Source: a bacterium
GTDB taxonomy: Bacteria; Hydrothermota; Tepidihabitantia; SM23-42; JAOAFX01
Direction: 5' to 3'
NCBI GenBank assembly: GCA_049700315.1
Contig: JBNAVN010000002.1
Span: 22,002-86,001 of the forward strand
DNA length: 64,000 nucleotides
How positions within the stretch are numbered: position 1 is the first letter of the stretch; every line of letters starts with the position of its first letter. The notes beneath the pieces are model-generated. The model was not told where the DNA came from, made no database searches, and worked only from the letters and a program-made list of their open reading frames with translations. Made by a program: the position numbers and the translations under genes. Of this stretch, positions 47,326 to 56,802 are shown in pieces.

Positions 47326-49011
47326 TCAATCCCAGAATTCCCATTTTACTTCCAAACCAAACATGCGACCCATATTAGGAAAATCAGCTACATTTTCATC
47401 CAGCATATTTTCCAGAATCATTCCTATATTCAAGGTAATGAATCTAATTGATAGCCCTGGTGATATTGTCCAATATTGCTTGTAATGATTACCCGCAATA
47501 TCATTCCTTTCGCTTACAAAATCAAAACGTGTAAAAAACCAAACCAATGATCGTTCTGTCTTTTTCCTGGCACTTAACCCCAATCTTAGAGTTGTTTTAG
47601 GAAACACCGTATAAATTTCAGGCTTTAACAAATAGTTGAAAGCACCACTAATTGAAAACCACCTCCAGATGGGCATTTCAAAAAATCCGTCAAAACCAGA
47701 CAAATAATCGTTGTCAATGTTGACTGCTGAAAAGTGATCTGCACTATCCCTTTCATAGACAATTTGATTGGTGATTGCAGAATGATAAAAAGAGAAAATC
47801 GATTTTTTGATCTCAAAACCAATCTCTTTGTATAGATGTTCTTCGTCCTTTATGCCCGGCTCTCCTGTGATATTAATCAATCTTTCAGTCAGCTTCTCAT
47901 TGCCGTATCTTGCAACAAAATTTGCCCGTTTATGAAATTGTTTTAAACAACCAAAAATTTCTAAATTATTTAATGCATTGTAGTTTAACTTCAACTCAGG
48001 ATTAAAATAAACACGCCTGTCAGTCTCATAGGTTATTGAGTACCCTAAACCTGCAGTCAACCGATTTAATCCATAATTTAACCTTTGATAGAAATCCATC
48101 TGTTCGTCGTCTGAGGGTTTGCTTGCATCAAACTTGAATCTGCTTGTTGAGGCATAAAGGCCAATGATATTCTCAAAACCCTTCAATGAAAACATTATCC
48201 GCTGATTTACACCGTAGATTGTCAATTGGTTATTCAAAATTGTAGCACTTGTTGTATCAAAATACTCACTCCGATTGATGGTTTGGAAAGCAGCAATTCT
48301 ATAAAAATCATTTCCCATTGTCAGTGTGATATCGCTGAATTTAAGATTACGCAAGGTATCATAACTATTGTCTGTATATAGCAGGTCAATGCGCGAGGGA
48401 ATGAATTGATTGTAATAAAAGTTTGCATAACCTGCATTTGTGCGCAGATGACCACGGTCAGAATACTTATACTGTCGGGAATATAAACCACTAAGATAAA
48501 AACCTGCAAAATTCGTGATTGCACGTGTGAAATCAAGATTATATTTGCTTTCACCAAACAAGGTAAAATAAAGACAGGAATATGGTTGATCATAGGTATT
48601 CACTTTTGTGTCAATCTCCAGGTTTTTTACACCTTCATCAGCAATCACCTTGTTCAATTTCACAGGTTTAAGAAAATTCATAGGCAACGAAAGAAAATTG
48701 AAGTTTTCTAAGAAATAGTTGTCCAGATAATGTGAATGAAGAAACATCTTTACTTGATATGGACTAACAATTTCAAGTGAATAGCCCCTGTCTCTTACCA
48801 GATATGGCGTGAGATAAGCAAACTCTTTAAATTCATTGAAAAAAAGCACGGGTTCAATAACCCGTGTCTGATTCAGTGAACTATCATACATACCCATCTT
48901 TCCAAAATCTATGATTTCAGGAATTTCATATCTCTTGATTTGGGTTGAATCAACAGGTGCTGTATCCTGCTCAATTCCATTGCCAATAAAAATCAATAAC
49001 CAGAAAAACAC
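47326..49011 (-). CDS. hypothetical secreted/outer-membrane beta-rich protein (GTG start)
   Basis: 561 aa; N-terminal hydrophobic segment; aromatic-rich alternating pattern; C-terminal ...VKWEFWD. Confidence 0.45.
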   Translation of the reverse strand: MFFWLLIFIGNGIEQDTAPVDSTQIKRYEIPEIIDFGKMGMYDSSLNQTRVIEPVLFFNEFKEFAYLTPYLVRDRGYSLEIVSPYQVKMFLHSHYLDNYFLENFNFLSLPMNFLKPVKLNKVIADEGVKNLEIDTKVNTYDQPYSCLYFTLFGESKYNLDFTRAITNFAGFYLSGLYSRQYKYSDRGHLRTNAGYANFYYNQFIPSRIDLLYTDNSYDTLRNLKFSDITLTMGNDFYRIAAFQTINRSEYFDTTSATILNNQLTIYGVNQRIMFSLKGFENIIGLYASTSRFKFDASKPSDDEQMDFYQRLNYGLNRLTAGLGYSITYETDRRVYFNPELKLNYNALNNLEIFGCLKQFHKRANFVARYGNEKLTERLINITGEPGIKDEEHLYKEIGFEIKKSIFSFYHSAITNQIVYERDSADHFSAVNIDNDYLSGFDGFFEMPIWRWFSISGAFNYLLKPEIYTVFPKTTLRLGLSARKKTERSLVWFFTRFDFVSERNDIAGNHYKQYWTISPGLSIRFITLNIGMILENMLDENVADFPNMGRMFGLEVKWEFWD

Positions 49012-49016
49012 GCTTG

Positions 49017-49045
49017 ATTATAGACCAAATTTGCCGTTTTGTCAA
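49017..49045 (-). promoter_or_regulatory. sigma70 consensus promoter TTGACA-N17-TATAAT (minus strand), -10 ends 5 nt before GTG at 49011
   Basis: Reverse complement of 49017-49045 reads ttgacaaaacggcaaatttggtctataat. Confidence 0.5.
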
Positions 49046-49067
49046 GCAAAAATTCCCGAATAGTGCA

Positions 49068-49095
49068 TTGACTTGAGACGAATTTTGACTAAAAT
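49068..49095 (+). promoter_or_regulatory. sigma70-type promoter TTGACT-N16-TAAAAT, -10 ends 5 nt before recR ATG
   Basis: ttgact 49068-49073 and taaaat 49090-49095, seen directly. Confidence 0.45.
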
Positions 49096-49100
49096 CTACT

Positions 49101-49688
49101 ATGCCTTTGTTAAATGACTTAATTGAAAAACTTCAGTTGCTTCCGGGTATCGGCAGGAAAACTGCTCAGCGATTGGCTTTTTATCTTCAGAAGATGGATG
49201 TATCAAGGGTCAAGGAGCTTACCGATGCAATTCTGAAGGCAAGGCTTGAATTAAAGGAATGCTCAATTTGCCACAATCTCGGAGAGGTGGATCCCTGTGA
49301 AATTTGTTCTGCAGCAAACAGAAATAAAGAGATTATCTGCGTTGTTGAACAACCTGCCGATGTAATGGTGATAGAAAAAATTGGTGAATATAAGGGTTTA
49401 TATCATATTCTCCATGGTGTTATTTCACCGATTGATAATGTTGGTCCTGAAGACCTCCGGATCGACAGTTTAATTCAAAGAGTAAAATCACGCAATATCA
49501 GTGAAGTAATCATCGCCACAAATCCAACAACGGAAGGCGATGTGACCGCACTCTACATTGCAAAATTGCTAAAACCACTGGATATTAAGATCACAAGAAT
49601 AGCCCGGGGATTGCCAATGGGTAGTGACCTTGGGCTTGCTGATGGCACGACCATTTTAAGGGCATTTGAAGGCCGACGCGAATTGTGA
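49101..49688 (+). CDS. recR: recombination protein RecR
   Basis: N-terminal LIEKLQLLPGIGRKTAQRLAFYL (HhH); CxxC...CxxC zinc finger; Toprim domain. Confidence 0.9.
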   Translation: MPLLNDLIEKLQLLPGIGRKTAQRLAFYLQKMDVSRVKELTDAILKARLELKECSICHNLGEVDPCEICSAANRNKEIICVVEQPADVMVIEKIGEYKGLYHILHGVISPIDNVGPEDLRIDSLIQRVKSRNISEVIIATNPTTEGDVTALYIAKLLKPLDIKITRIARGLPMGSDLGLADGTTILRAFEGRREL

Positions 49689-49705
49689 GTCTAAACACAT
49701 CCGTA

Positions 49706-49733
49706 TTGACTTCTGTCTAAATCTAAGTATAAT
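49706..49733 (+). promoter_or_regulatory. sigma70-type promoter TTGACT-N16-TATAAT upstream of yajC
   Basis: ttgact 49706-49711 and tataat 49728-49733, followed by SD aaggag and ATG at 49756. Confidence 0.5.
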
Positions 49734-49755
49734 TAAGTGTTAAAGGAGTAAGATA

Positions 49756-50070
49756 ATGGAATTTCTATATGGACAAACATCTGGTCAGGGCCAGAGTAAT
49801 CCGATTTTCAGTCTATTACCGCTGATTTTGATATTTGTGGTTTTTTACTTTCTGCTCATCCTTCCTCAGCAGAAAAGACAGAAACAACACCAGCAATTAC
49901 TTAATTCATTGAAAAAAGGAGACCGGGTTATGACATCTTCAGGTATATATGGCACAATTGCCAATATTAAAGATAATGTCATCAGTCTTGTAATTGCTGA
50001 TGGAGTAAAAGTTGATTTTGAACGAAGTCATATAGTTTCTAAGATTGGTTCATTGGAGGAAGGTAAGTAA
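49756..50070 (+). CDS. yajC: preprotein translocase subunit YajC
   Basis: Single TM followed by LILPQQKRQKQHQQLLNSLKKGDRVMTSSGIYGTI, matching the YajC consensus. Confidence 0.85.
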   Translation: MEFLYGQTSGQGQSNPIFSLLPLILIFVVFYFLLILPQQKRQKQHQQLLNSLKKGDRVMTSSGIYGTIANIKDNVISLVIADGVKVDFERSHIVSKIGSLEEGK

Positions 50071-50187
50071 ATTAACTGAAAATAGTAATTATAGAAAGAA
50101 ATGTTCTTTGTAGAAGATGCAGCTAAATTTTGAAAAGACAAAAATATATGTAAAAATTGAAAAGGTAAGATTTGAAAGAAAAATTTT

Positions 50188-50685
50188 ATGACGATAATTA
50201 AGTATCCTGAAAAAATATTAAGACAAAAAACAACGCCGATTGAAAAAATAACAAAGGAAATTTTTGATCTGAGTGAAACTATGATTCAGACCATGTTAGA
50301 GAACGATGGCATTGGTCTTGCTGCAAATCAAATAGGTAGTTTGCACAAATTGTTTGTTCTGAATCTCAAACCATTTGAAGATAAACCCGAACCAATCGTC
50401 GTCATCAATCCCCGGATAATCAAAACAGAAGAGAATCATGAAGATGAAGAAGGTTGTCTGAGTTTTCCTGGATTATATCTGCATATCCCAAGATTCAAAC
50501 GCACTGTTCTTCATTATCAGAGTTTGTACAATGAAAAATTTGTCATTGAAACTGACGGACTTGTATCAAGGGCAATCCAGCATGAATATGATCACCTGAA
50601 TGGCATCCTCTTCATTGATTATGTCAATAAAAACGAAAAAGAAAAATTGGACCAGTATCTTTCAAATCTTAAAACAGAGCAATGA
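50188..50685 (+). CDS. def: peptide deformylase
   Basis: Motifs GIGLAANQ, EGCLSFPG, HEYDHLNG. Confidence 0.9.
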   Translation: MTIIKYPEKILRQKTTPIEKITKEIFDLSETMIQTMLENDGIGLAANQIGSLHKLFVLNLKPFEDKPEPIVVINPRIIKTEENHEDEEGCLSFPGLYLHIPRFKRTVLHYQSLYNEKFVIETDGLVSRAIQHEYDHLNGILFIDYVNKNEKEKLDQYLSNLKTEQ

Positions 50686-51602
50686 AGATAGTATTCTTCG
50701 GTTCCACTGATTTTTCCCTGCCCATTGTCCAGAAAATTTCTGAGCAGTATGAACTTTCTGGAGTGGTCATTTCAAAACCCAAACCAAAAGGAAGAGGTCT
50801 GAAGATTGAACTCCCTGATATTGGAAAATGGGCACAAAACAAAGGCATAAAGATATTCGACCCTGAAAACCCAAATGACCTGGAATTCATAAAAACTCTA
50901 TCAGCACTTGAACCCGACCTGTTTGTACTCTCTGCATACGGGCACATTCTCAGTGGTGAATTACTCAGAGTGCCAAAATTTGGCGGAGTAAATATCCATC
51001 CCTCACTTCTTCCAAAATATCGTGGTGCTGCACCAATCCAGCGGGCAATAATGGCAGGAGAAAGAATAACCGGCATTACAATTTTTTTTATGGACGAAAA
51101 AATTGATCATGGAAAAATAATCTTGCGCAAGGAAATAGAAATTGACAAAAATGATACTTATGGTTCCCTTTCAAACCGCCTTGCTTTGTTAGGTGCTGAG
51201 GCTATCATTGATGCCTTGAAAATGATTGAAAAAAATGACTATGAGCCGATTGAGCAGAGTGAATCAGAGATGACCTATGCAAAGAAGATCCAAAAAGAAG
51301 AAATGTTTATCAACTGGCAGGACAGCACTGAGAAGATTTACAATCTGATTCGCGCCCTTAATCCAAATCCTGGTGCACGTACTAATTTTAGAAATACTGA
51401 GTTGATAATACTTGAAGCAGATTTAGGAGAAAAAAGATTAGAACCCGGTATTTTTCACATTGAGCATAAAAAACTATATGTTGGCACCGGAAATGGTTCA
51501 ATAATCATAAAGACTTTGAAACCAGAAAATCGCCGGGCAATGACTGCCCAGGATTTTTTGAACGGATTTCGTATTAAAGATGGTGAAAGGATAGATAAAT
51601 GA
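50682..51602 (+). CDS. fmt: methionyl-tRNA formyltransferase
   Basis: MKIVFFGSTDFS N-terminus; SLLPKYRGAAPIQ; C-terminal domain; 4-nt overlap with def. Confidence 0.9.
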   Translation: MKIVFFGSTDFSLPIVQKISEQYELSGVVISKPKPKGRGLKIELPDIGKWAQNKGIKIFDPENPNDLEFIKTLSALEPDLFVLSAYGHILSGELLRVPKFGGVNIHPSLLPKYRGAAPIQRAIMAGERITGITIFFMDEKIDHGKIILRKEIEIDKNDTYGSLSNRLALLGAEAIIDALKMIEKNDYEPIEQSESEMTYAKKIQKEEMFINWQDSTEKIYNLIRALNPNPGARTNFRNTELIILEADLGEKRLEPGIFHIEHKKLYVGTGNGSIIIKTLKPENRRAMTAQDFLNGFRIKDGERIDK

Positions 51603-52855
51603 ATGCACGAGAAGCATCCCTAAGTGCACTTTGTGAAGTAGACGAAGGCACGAATTTGAAAGTTGCTTTAGGAAAAATCTTTGAAAAAGATGAATTGTCA
51701 GATGATGACCGTGCCCTGGCAAATGAAATTGCCTTTGGCACACTACGCCATCGCGAAGAAATTGACCAGATCATAAGAGAAACATTTATCGGTGACTTCA
51801 ATGCCTCTGATCCTATACTAAAAAATACCCTGCGCATAGCAGTCTATCAATACCTTTTTCTGGACCGCATCCCGGTCTATGCTGTAGTCAATGAAGCTGT
51901 GAATTTGGGCAGAAATGTTAAAGAAAAATCCTTGATTAACGCGGTACTCCGGGGTGTTATACGCAACAAAAAAGTTCAGTCAATGCGCGAACCTCAGGCA
52001 TGGGTTCTGCGCAAAATACTGGAAGCATACCCAGTAGAAGGTGAAAAGATAATTGAATCTTTCAAAAATCGCCCGATTCCATATATCAGAATTAATATGT
52101 TGAAGGCAAAACCAGCAGCAGTTGAAAAAGAATTGCAGGAAATGGGAATTGAACCAAGACCCGCAAATTGGCTTACCGAGTTCCGCAGGATAAGTCGCCT
52201 GGGAACGCTTATCAATAATTCCTTGTTGAAACAAGGTTTGCTCTCAATCCATGATGAAGCACAGGGTATGATATGTCACCTTCTGGCTCCGAAACCGGGC
52301 GAACGGATTGTGGATGTGTGTTCTGCACCCGGTAGTAAAACTACTTATATTGCTGAGCTAATGAAAAACCAGGGAGTTATTATTGCCTGCGAAGTAAGCA
52401 GTTCCCGGCTTAAACTCGTTGTAGAAAATGCGGAAAGATTAGGGTTGTCAATCATCAAATATGTCCTTGCTGACGGTCAACATTATTTGGTTAATGATTT
52501 TGACAAAGTCCTTGTTGATGCACCGTGCACGAATTCGGGAGTGATTGCCAAAAGGCCTGAGGTTAAAGAAAGAGTCAACAAGAAAGTACTTGCACGTTTG
52601 TCCAATCTGCAATTTAACCTGCTGTCAAATGCCGCAAGATTTTTGAAAGTCGGGGGTTCAATCGTCTATTCAACCTGCAGCGTATTGCCCCGCGAAAACG
52701 AAGAAGTAATAGAGAAATTTCTGAAGAATAACGATAATTTTGTCGTTGAACCAGCAAAGGATTTCATAGAAAGCGCGGATACATATTTGAAGATCCTGCC
52801 GGGTTTTCATGATACCGATGGTGTTTTTGCTGCACGACTGAAAAGGTTAAAATAG
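51599..52855 (+). CDS. rsmB: 16S rRNA (cytosine-C5)-methyltransferase RsmB/Sun family
   Basis: NusB-like N-terminal domain; DVCSAPGSKTT SAM motif; VYSTCSVLPRENE catalytic Cys. Confidence 0.85.
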   Translation: MNAREASLSALCEVDEGTNLKVALGKIFEKDELSDDDRALANEIAFGTLRHREEIDQIIRETFIGDFNASDPILKNTLRIAVYQYLFLDRIPVYAVVNEAVNLGRNVKEKSLINAVLRGVIRNKKVQSMREPQAWVLRKILEAYPVEGEKIIESFKNRPIPYIRINMLKAKPAAVEKELQEMGIEPRPANWLTEFRRISRLGTLINNSLLKQGLLSIHDEAQGMICHLLAPKPGERIVDVCSAPGSKTTYIAELMKNQGVIIACEVSSSRLKLVVENAERLGLSIIKYVLADGQHYLVNDFDKVLVDAPCTNSGVIAKRPEVKERVNKKVLARLSNLQFNLLSNAARFLKVGGSIVYSTCSVLPRENEEVIEKFLKNNDNFVVEPAKDFIESADTYLKILPGFHDTDGVFAARLKRLK

Positions 52856-52906
52856 CATATTGAAATTTGGTGTTGACTTTTCTGAAAATTTCAATTATAA
52901 TTTACT

Positions 52907-53314
52907 ATGAAAGAACCAAGCACGACAATTACCCTGACAAGTGTAGAAATTGAAAAATTGGAAAAACTGCTCAATGACTTCTTTTCACAGACAAATGTCG
53001 TGTGGTCTATGCTGATAACCAGTGCCGGGCACCTTCTTGTGCAAAGGGGCTTTACCCGTTCTTTTGATGTCTTCACAATTGCAGCGCTAACTTGTAATAT
53101 TTTCAATTCCACAATGGAACTGGCGCGGATTGTTGGTGAGAAAAATTTTTCTGAGCTTTTGCAGGAAGGCAAAAGGGCAAGTGTCTATTATGTTTCACTT
53201 GATGGCAATTACCTTCTTGTTTCTCTCTTTGATGACCGAACCATCCCCGGAGTTGTCAAAGTGGCATCCGAAGAGTTTTCCAAAGGTATCAAGGGCATTT
53301 TGAGGACGGTATGA
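52907..53314 (+). CDS. Roadblock/LC7 (MglB-like) domain protein
   Basis: 135 aa; VVWSMLITSAGHLLVQRG...YLLVSLFDD pattern typical of the Roadblock/LC7 fold. Confidence 0.7.
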   Translation: MKEPSTTITLTSVEIEKLEKLLNDFFSQTNVVWSMLITSAGHLLVQRGFTRSFDVFTIAALTCNIFNSTMELARIVGEKNFSELLQEGKRASVYYVSLDGNYLLVSLFDDRTIPGVVKVASEEFSKGIKGILRTV

Positions 53315-55215
53315 CCAAGAAAACCATAGATTTTGAGAACCTCTATGTATACGAAGGCAATAAAGTTGCATATATGGCCGGGCAAAAGATCTTACAATTT
53401 CCGGGAGAAATCTTTAATCCCTTTTATGTATATGCTACAGGTAGTTTTGGTAAGACCTATTTTCTCTGGGCGTTGCATACGGAATTTACAAAGAAGGAAC
53501 CAGCCCTATTTTTTACACCCAAGGAATTTGAAGATTATCTACAGAATACAAATCAATATGACTCAGCGATATTTGTTGATGATATAAATAGAATCAATGA
53601 AAAATATCAAGAACAGATGCTGGCAATGATTGATATACTGATTGCCAAAAACAAACAATTATGCTTTAGTGGTAACGCACCACCCCGGGAACTCAAAAAT
53701 GTAAATGCAAAAATTATCTCACGCCTTGAAGGTGGACTCGTGTGTGATCTACAGGCACCAAGGGAAATGGCACTGGTTGATTTTATCAAAAAGAAATCTG
53801 AAGAAAGAGGAATAATCATACCGGATGATATTGCGCTTGAACTCACCCAGCTTTCTGCAGGCTCTTTTCGGATGATTGATGGTATGTTGAATAGACTCGT
53901 CGCCTATGCTTCATTGGGAAATATCAGTTTTGATTTAAATAGCATTCGTCTAATTTTGAAAGAGTTCTATCCCCGCGGGATATATAGTCCAGTTACTTCG
54001 CTTGTTGAGGAACTGAAAAAAAGCGCGGATGCAGTTTTATCTGAAATTTCTGAGAAAAAAGATCCCCTCAGTGAATATAAAGAAAAGATCTATATCTGGG
54101 AAATGAAGGGATTTGATACATCCGAACTGAAACCTTTTCTTGACGGCGATATTGAGACGGTCGCCAGTGCCTATAACACCTTTATAAAAAGGGTTGAAAG
54201 ACTCATTGAATTGCAGAAGGAATTTGGTGCTATTGATATTTCAAAAGACCCTGAGACAAGCATGAAAATAGAAACCATGCTCTTCTCACCTGATAAAATA
54301 GAAGAAATTGAACAGCTACTTTCAGGTATGAAAGAAAAGGCTCAGGCAGAAGAAAGAAAACCTTTTGAAAACTATATTTTAAGCGAATGTAATAGAACTG
54401 CAATTGAACTTTATGAAAAAACGATACTGCCCAATTTAGGTAAGAAATTTAACCCCTATGTTATTTTCGGAAACAAAGGAACAGGTAAGACCACCTTATG
54501 CCGGGAGATATTTGATGACTTGAAGGCGAGAGGTTTCCGTCCAGTTGTATGTGATTTTGCCCAGGGAATTAAAGAACCCTTTAAGAGCATTAGCGATAAA
54601 AATGCATTGTTAATTGATAATTTTCATAAGATATTTGAAATGGAAGAAAATGTGCGCAATGAATACGCAGAAATGATTCTTGGTTTTATCAAGAATGAAA
54701 ACGCCGTTTTCTTTTTTTGTGAACCGATAAATCCTGATCTCAAACTCACTGAAAGCGAAAAACTGATCTTTGAGTTTGGCGTTGAGGCATCACTAAAGGA
54801 ACCTGATCCGGAGATGGTAAAAAGAATACTCAATTCAAAGTTAAGTCCCACGGAATTTGAAGAAATTCAGAAAAAGGGAATGCCACAATTTAAGAATTTC
54901 AATGAAATTGATGACTTTGTAAGAAACTTGAGAGCGCCCGTTGCTGAACCCGAACCGGTGCCTGCACAAGAAATCATCAGTCTGGGTCTGCCTGGCGAAG
55001 AATCCGCTCAGCCGGTTCCTGAAGTATCAGCAGTACAAAAACCTGAACCCGAACAAAAAGAATTTGTCCAGCCCATTGAACAACCGCCAGTTCCGGAACC
55101 AATAGCGTCAGTTGAAGTACCATTAAGAAAACTGAAAGAGCAGAGATTGCTTGTTCAGGAAATTGCTGACGAATTACTTGAAGAAAATTATGAACCATTG
55201 GGCAAGAAGGAATAA
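53311..55215 (+). CDS. protein with two tandem DnaA/Hda-type AAA+ ATPase modules and a Pro/Glu-rich tail; no DnaA DNA-binding domain IV
   Basis: Module 1: FENLYVYEGNKVA...NPFYVYATGSFGKTYFL (Walker A), IFVDDINRI (Walker B), CFSGN (sensor I), ISRLEGGLVCDL (box VII-like), SAGSFRMIDGMLNRL (sensor II-like), colinear with DnaA domain III. Module 2: NYILSECNRTA...NPYVIFGNKGTGKTTL, LLIDNFHKI. Confidence 0.65.
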   Translation: MTKKTIDFENLYVYEGNKVAYMAGQKILQFPGEIFNPFYVYATGSFGKTYFLWALHTEFTKKEPALFFTPKEFEDYLQNTNQYDSAIFVDDINRINEKYQEQMLAMIDILIAKNKQLCFSGNAPPRELKNVNAKIISRLEGGLVCDLQAPREMALVDFIKKKSEERGIIIPDDIALELTQLSAGSFRMIDGMLNRLVAYASLGNISFDLNSIRLILKEFYPRGIYSPVTSLVEELKKSADAVLSEISEKKDPLSEYKEKIYIWEMKGFDTSELKPFLDGDIETVASAYNTFIKRVERLIELQKEFGAIDISKDPETSMKIETMLFSPDKIEEIEQLLSGMKEKAQAEERKPFENYILSECNRTAIELYEKTILPNLGKKFNPYVIFGNKGTGKTTLCREIFDDLKARGFRPVVCDFAQGIKEPFKSISDKNALLIDNFHKIFEMEENVRNEYAEMILGFIKNENAVFFFCEPINPDLKLTESEKLIFEFGVEASLKEPDPEMVKRILNSKLSPTEFEEIQKKGMPQFKNFNEIDDFVRNLRAPVAEPEPVPAQEIISLGLPGEESAQPVPEVSAVQKPEPEQKEFVQPIEQPPVPEPIASVEVPLRKLKEQRLLVQEIADELLEENYEPLGKKE

Positions 55216-56802
55216 ATGGCGATTAAAGGTTCACTAACTGAAGCCACCCTACCTGATGTCATTCAACTCTTGAGTTATTCTTTACGGTCAGGGTGTCTTT
55301 CTGTAACAGATGGCAAGAACTTTGGAAATATCTTTATTAAAGATGGCCGAATCATTTATGCGACATTACTAAATCGCAAAGACCGACTCGGTGATATGCT
55401 GGTGCGTAAACAAATCATTGACGAATCTACCCTGAAATCAGTACTTGAAGAGCAGCGCCGAACCAACAAACGAGTAGGAGAAATATTGGTGGATAAAGGA
55501 CATATCACGAAAGAAATATTGGAAGGTGAACTGGCAAATCAAATTGCTGAAACCATTTTTACCATGCTCACCTGGGAAACCGGTTATTTCAATTTTGAAG
55601 CTGATTTATTACCTGGCAATGAAGACTTTCTGGTTCAATTATCTCCTCAGGAATTACTCCTGGAAGGTGCAAGACGTATTGATGAATGGCGAAAAATAGA
55701 GAAAAGACTTCCTCCTTTTGAAACCCTGCTGGCTGTGAAAAAAGACTATGCTGGTGTCCCTTTGACTGCCGAAGAAGAAAAAGTATTAAAACTCATTGAT
55801 GGAAATCGCACAATTGATGACATCCTGAAGCTTTCAGAATTTGACTTTTTTGAAACCTGTCGCACAATATATGGGTTGATTTCTGCGGGTATTGTGGAAA
55901 AGCCTGAGAAAACTGAACTCGCAAGGAAAACTGTTGGCGATATTACAGAATATAGAAATCTTGGCTTTGCCTTTTATAAGACTGGAATGTTTGATGAAGC
56001 AGAAAGGGAATTCAAAAAAATTCTGGAGATAACGCCAGATAGTCCTGAAGCACTTATGTATTGCGGGCTTATTGAGATAAGAAGAAAAAATCTTGAAAAA
56101 GCAAAGGAATTTTTGTTTAAGGCAGTCGGTTTAGAAAAAAATCCCGCTATATTAAATAATCTGGGATATGTTTATAATAATCTTAAGTTATTTGACGACG
56201 CACTTAATAATCTAAATCAGGCAAAGCAAGCCTTACCTGATAATCCCAGGATAAGTTGCAATCTGGGTATTTCACTTTTTAACAATGGAGAATTGGAAGA
56301 TGCGAAATCTATCTTCAGGCAGGTTATTGAAAAGAAACCTGAATATATTACACCACATATTTATCTTTCCCTGATATATATAAAATCCAATGATATGGAA
56401 AAGGCAATAGATTTCTTGAAAGAATGTGTGAACAAATTCCCGCGCACCGCAGTATTCAAGAATAACCTCGCAGTTGTTTATGAAGCGCTTGACTTGCCTG
56501 AAGAAGCAGAAAAGACATATCGTCAGGCAGTCAATGATGAACCTCAAAACTATGATATCTGCCGGAATCTCGCTGATTTCTATTATGAATCACAAATACT
56601 GGGTGCCGCAAAAGAACTATATGAAAAGATTCCTGACGAAGAAAAAAACTGGGAGGTTCTCTTTAAATTAGGAAATATTTTGATGCGTTTGGGTGATGCT
56701 GATGGCGCTCTGAATCATTGGGAAAAGGCACAGAGTCTGCATCCTGACCAGCAACTCATAGCCCAGAACATAGAATTATTAAAGAAATCGCGTGGAACAT
56801 AG
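55216..56802 (+). CDS. DUF4388 (N-terminal) plus TPR-repeat protein
   Basis: GSLTEATLPDVIQLLSYSLRSGCLSVTDGKNFGNIFIKDGRIIYA matches the DUF4388 pattern; TPR repeats through the C-terminal 300 aa. Confidence 0.6.
   Translation: MAIKGSLTEATLPDVIQLLSYSLRSGCLSVTDGKNFGNIFIKDGRIIYATLLNRKDRLGDMLVRKQIIDESTLKSVLEEQRRTNKRVGEILVDKGHITKEILEGELANQIAETIFTMLTWETGYFNFEADLLPGNEDFLVQLSPQELLLEGARRIDEWRKIEKRLPPFETLLAVKKDYAGVPLTAEEEKVLKLIDGNRTIDDILKLSEFDFFETCRTIYGLISAGIVEKPEKTELARKTVGDITEYRNLGFAFYKTGMFDEAEREFKKILEITPDSPEALMYCGLIEIRRKNLEKAKEFLFKAVGLEKNPAILNNLGYVYNNLKLFDDALNNLNQAKQALPDNPRISCNLGISLFNNGELEDAKSIFRQVIEKKPEYITPHIYLSLIYIKSNDMEKAIDFLKECVNKFPRTAVFKNNLAVVYEALDLPEEAEKTYRQAVNDEPQNYDICRNLADFYYESQILGAAKELYEKIPDEEKNWEVLFKLGNILMRLGDADGALNHWEKAQSLHPDQQLIAQNIELLKKSRGT

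Noticed and set aside
53311-55215. Interpretation of the double AAA+ protein as the chromosomal replication initiator DnaA (origin region)
   Set aside because: It lacks DnaA domain I/II and the C-terminal DNA-binding domain IV; no DnaA-box clusters or dnaN/recF/gyrB neighbours are present, so it is Hda-like rather than DnaA.
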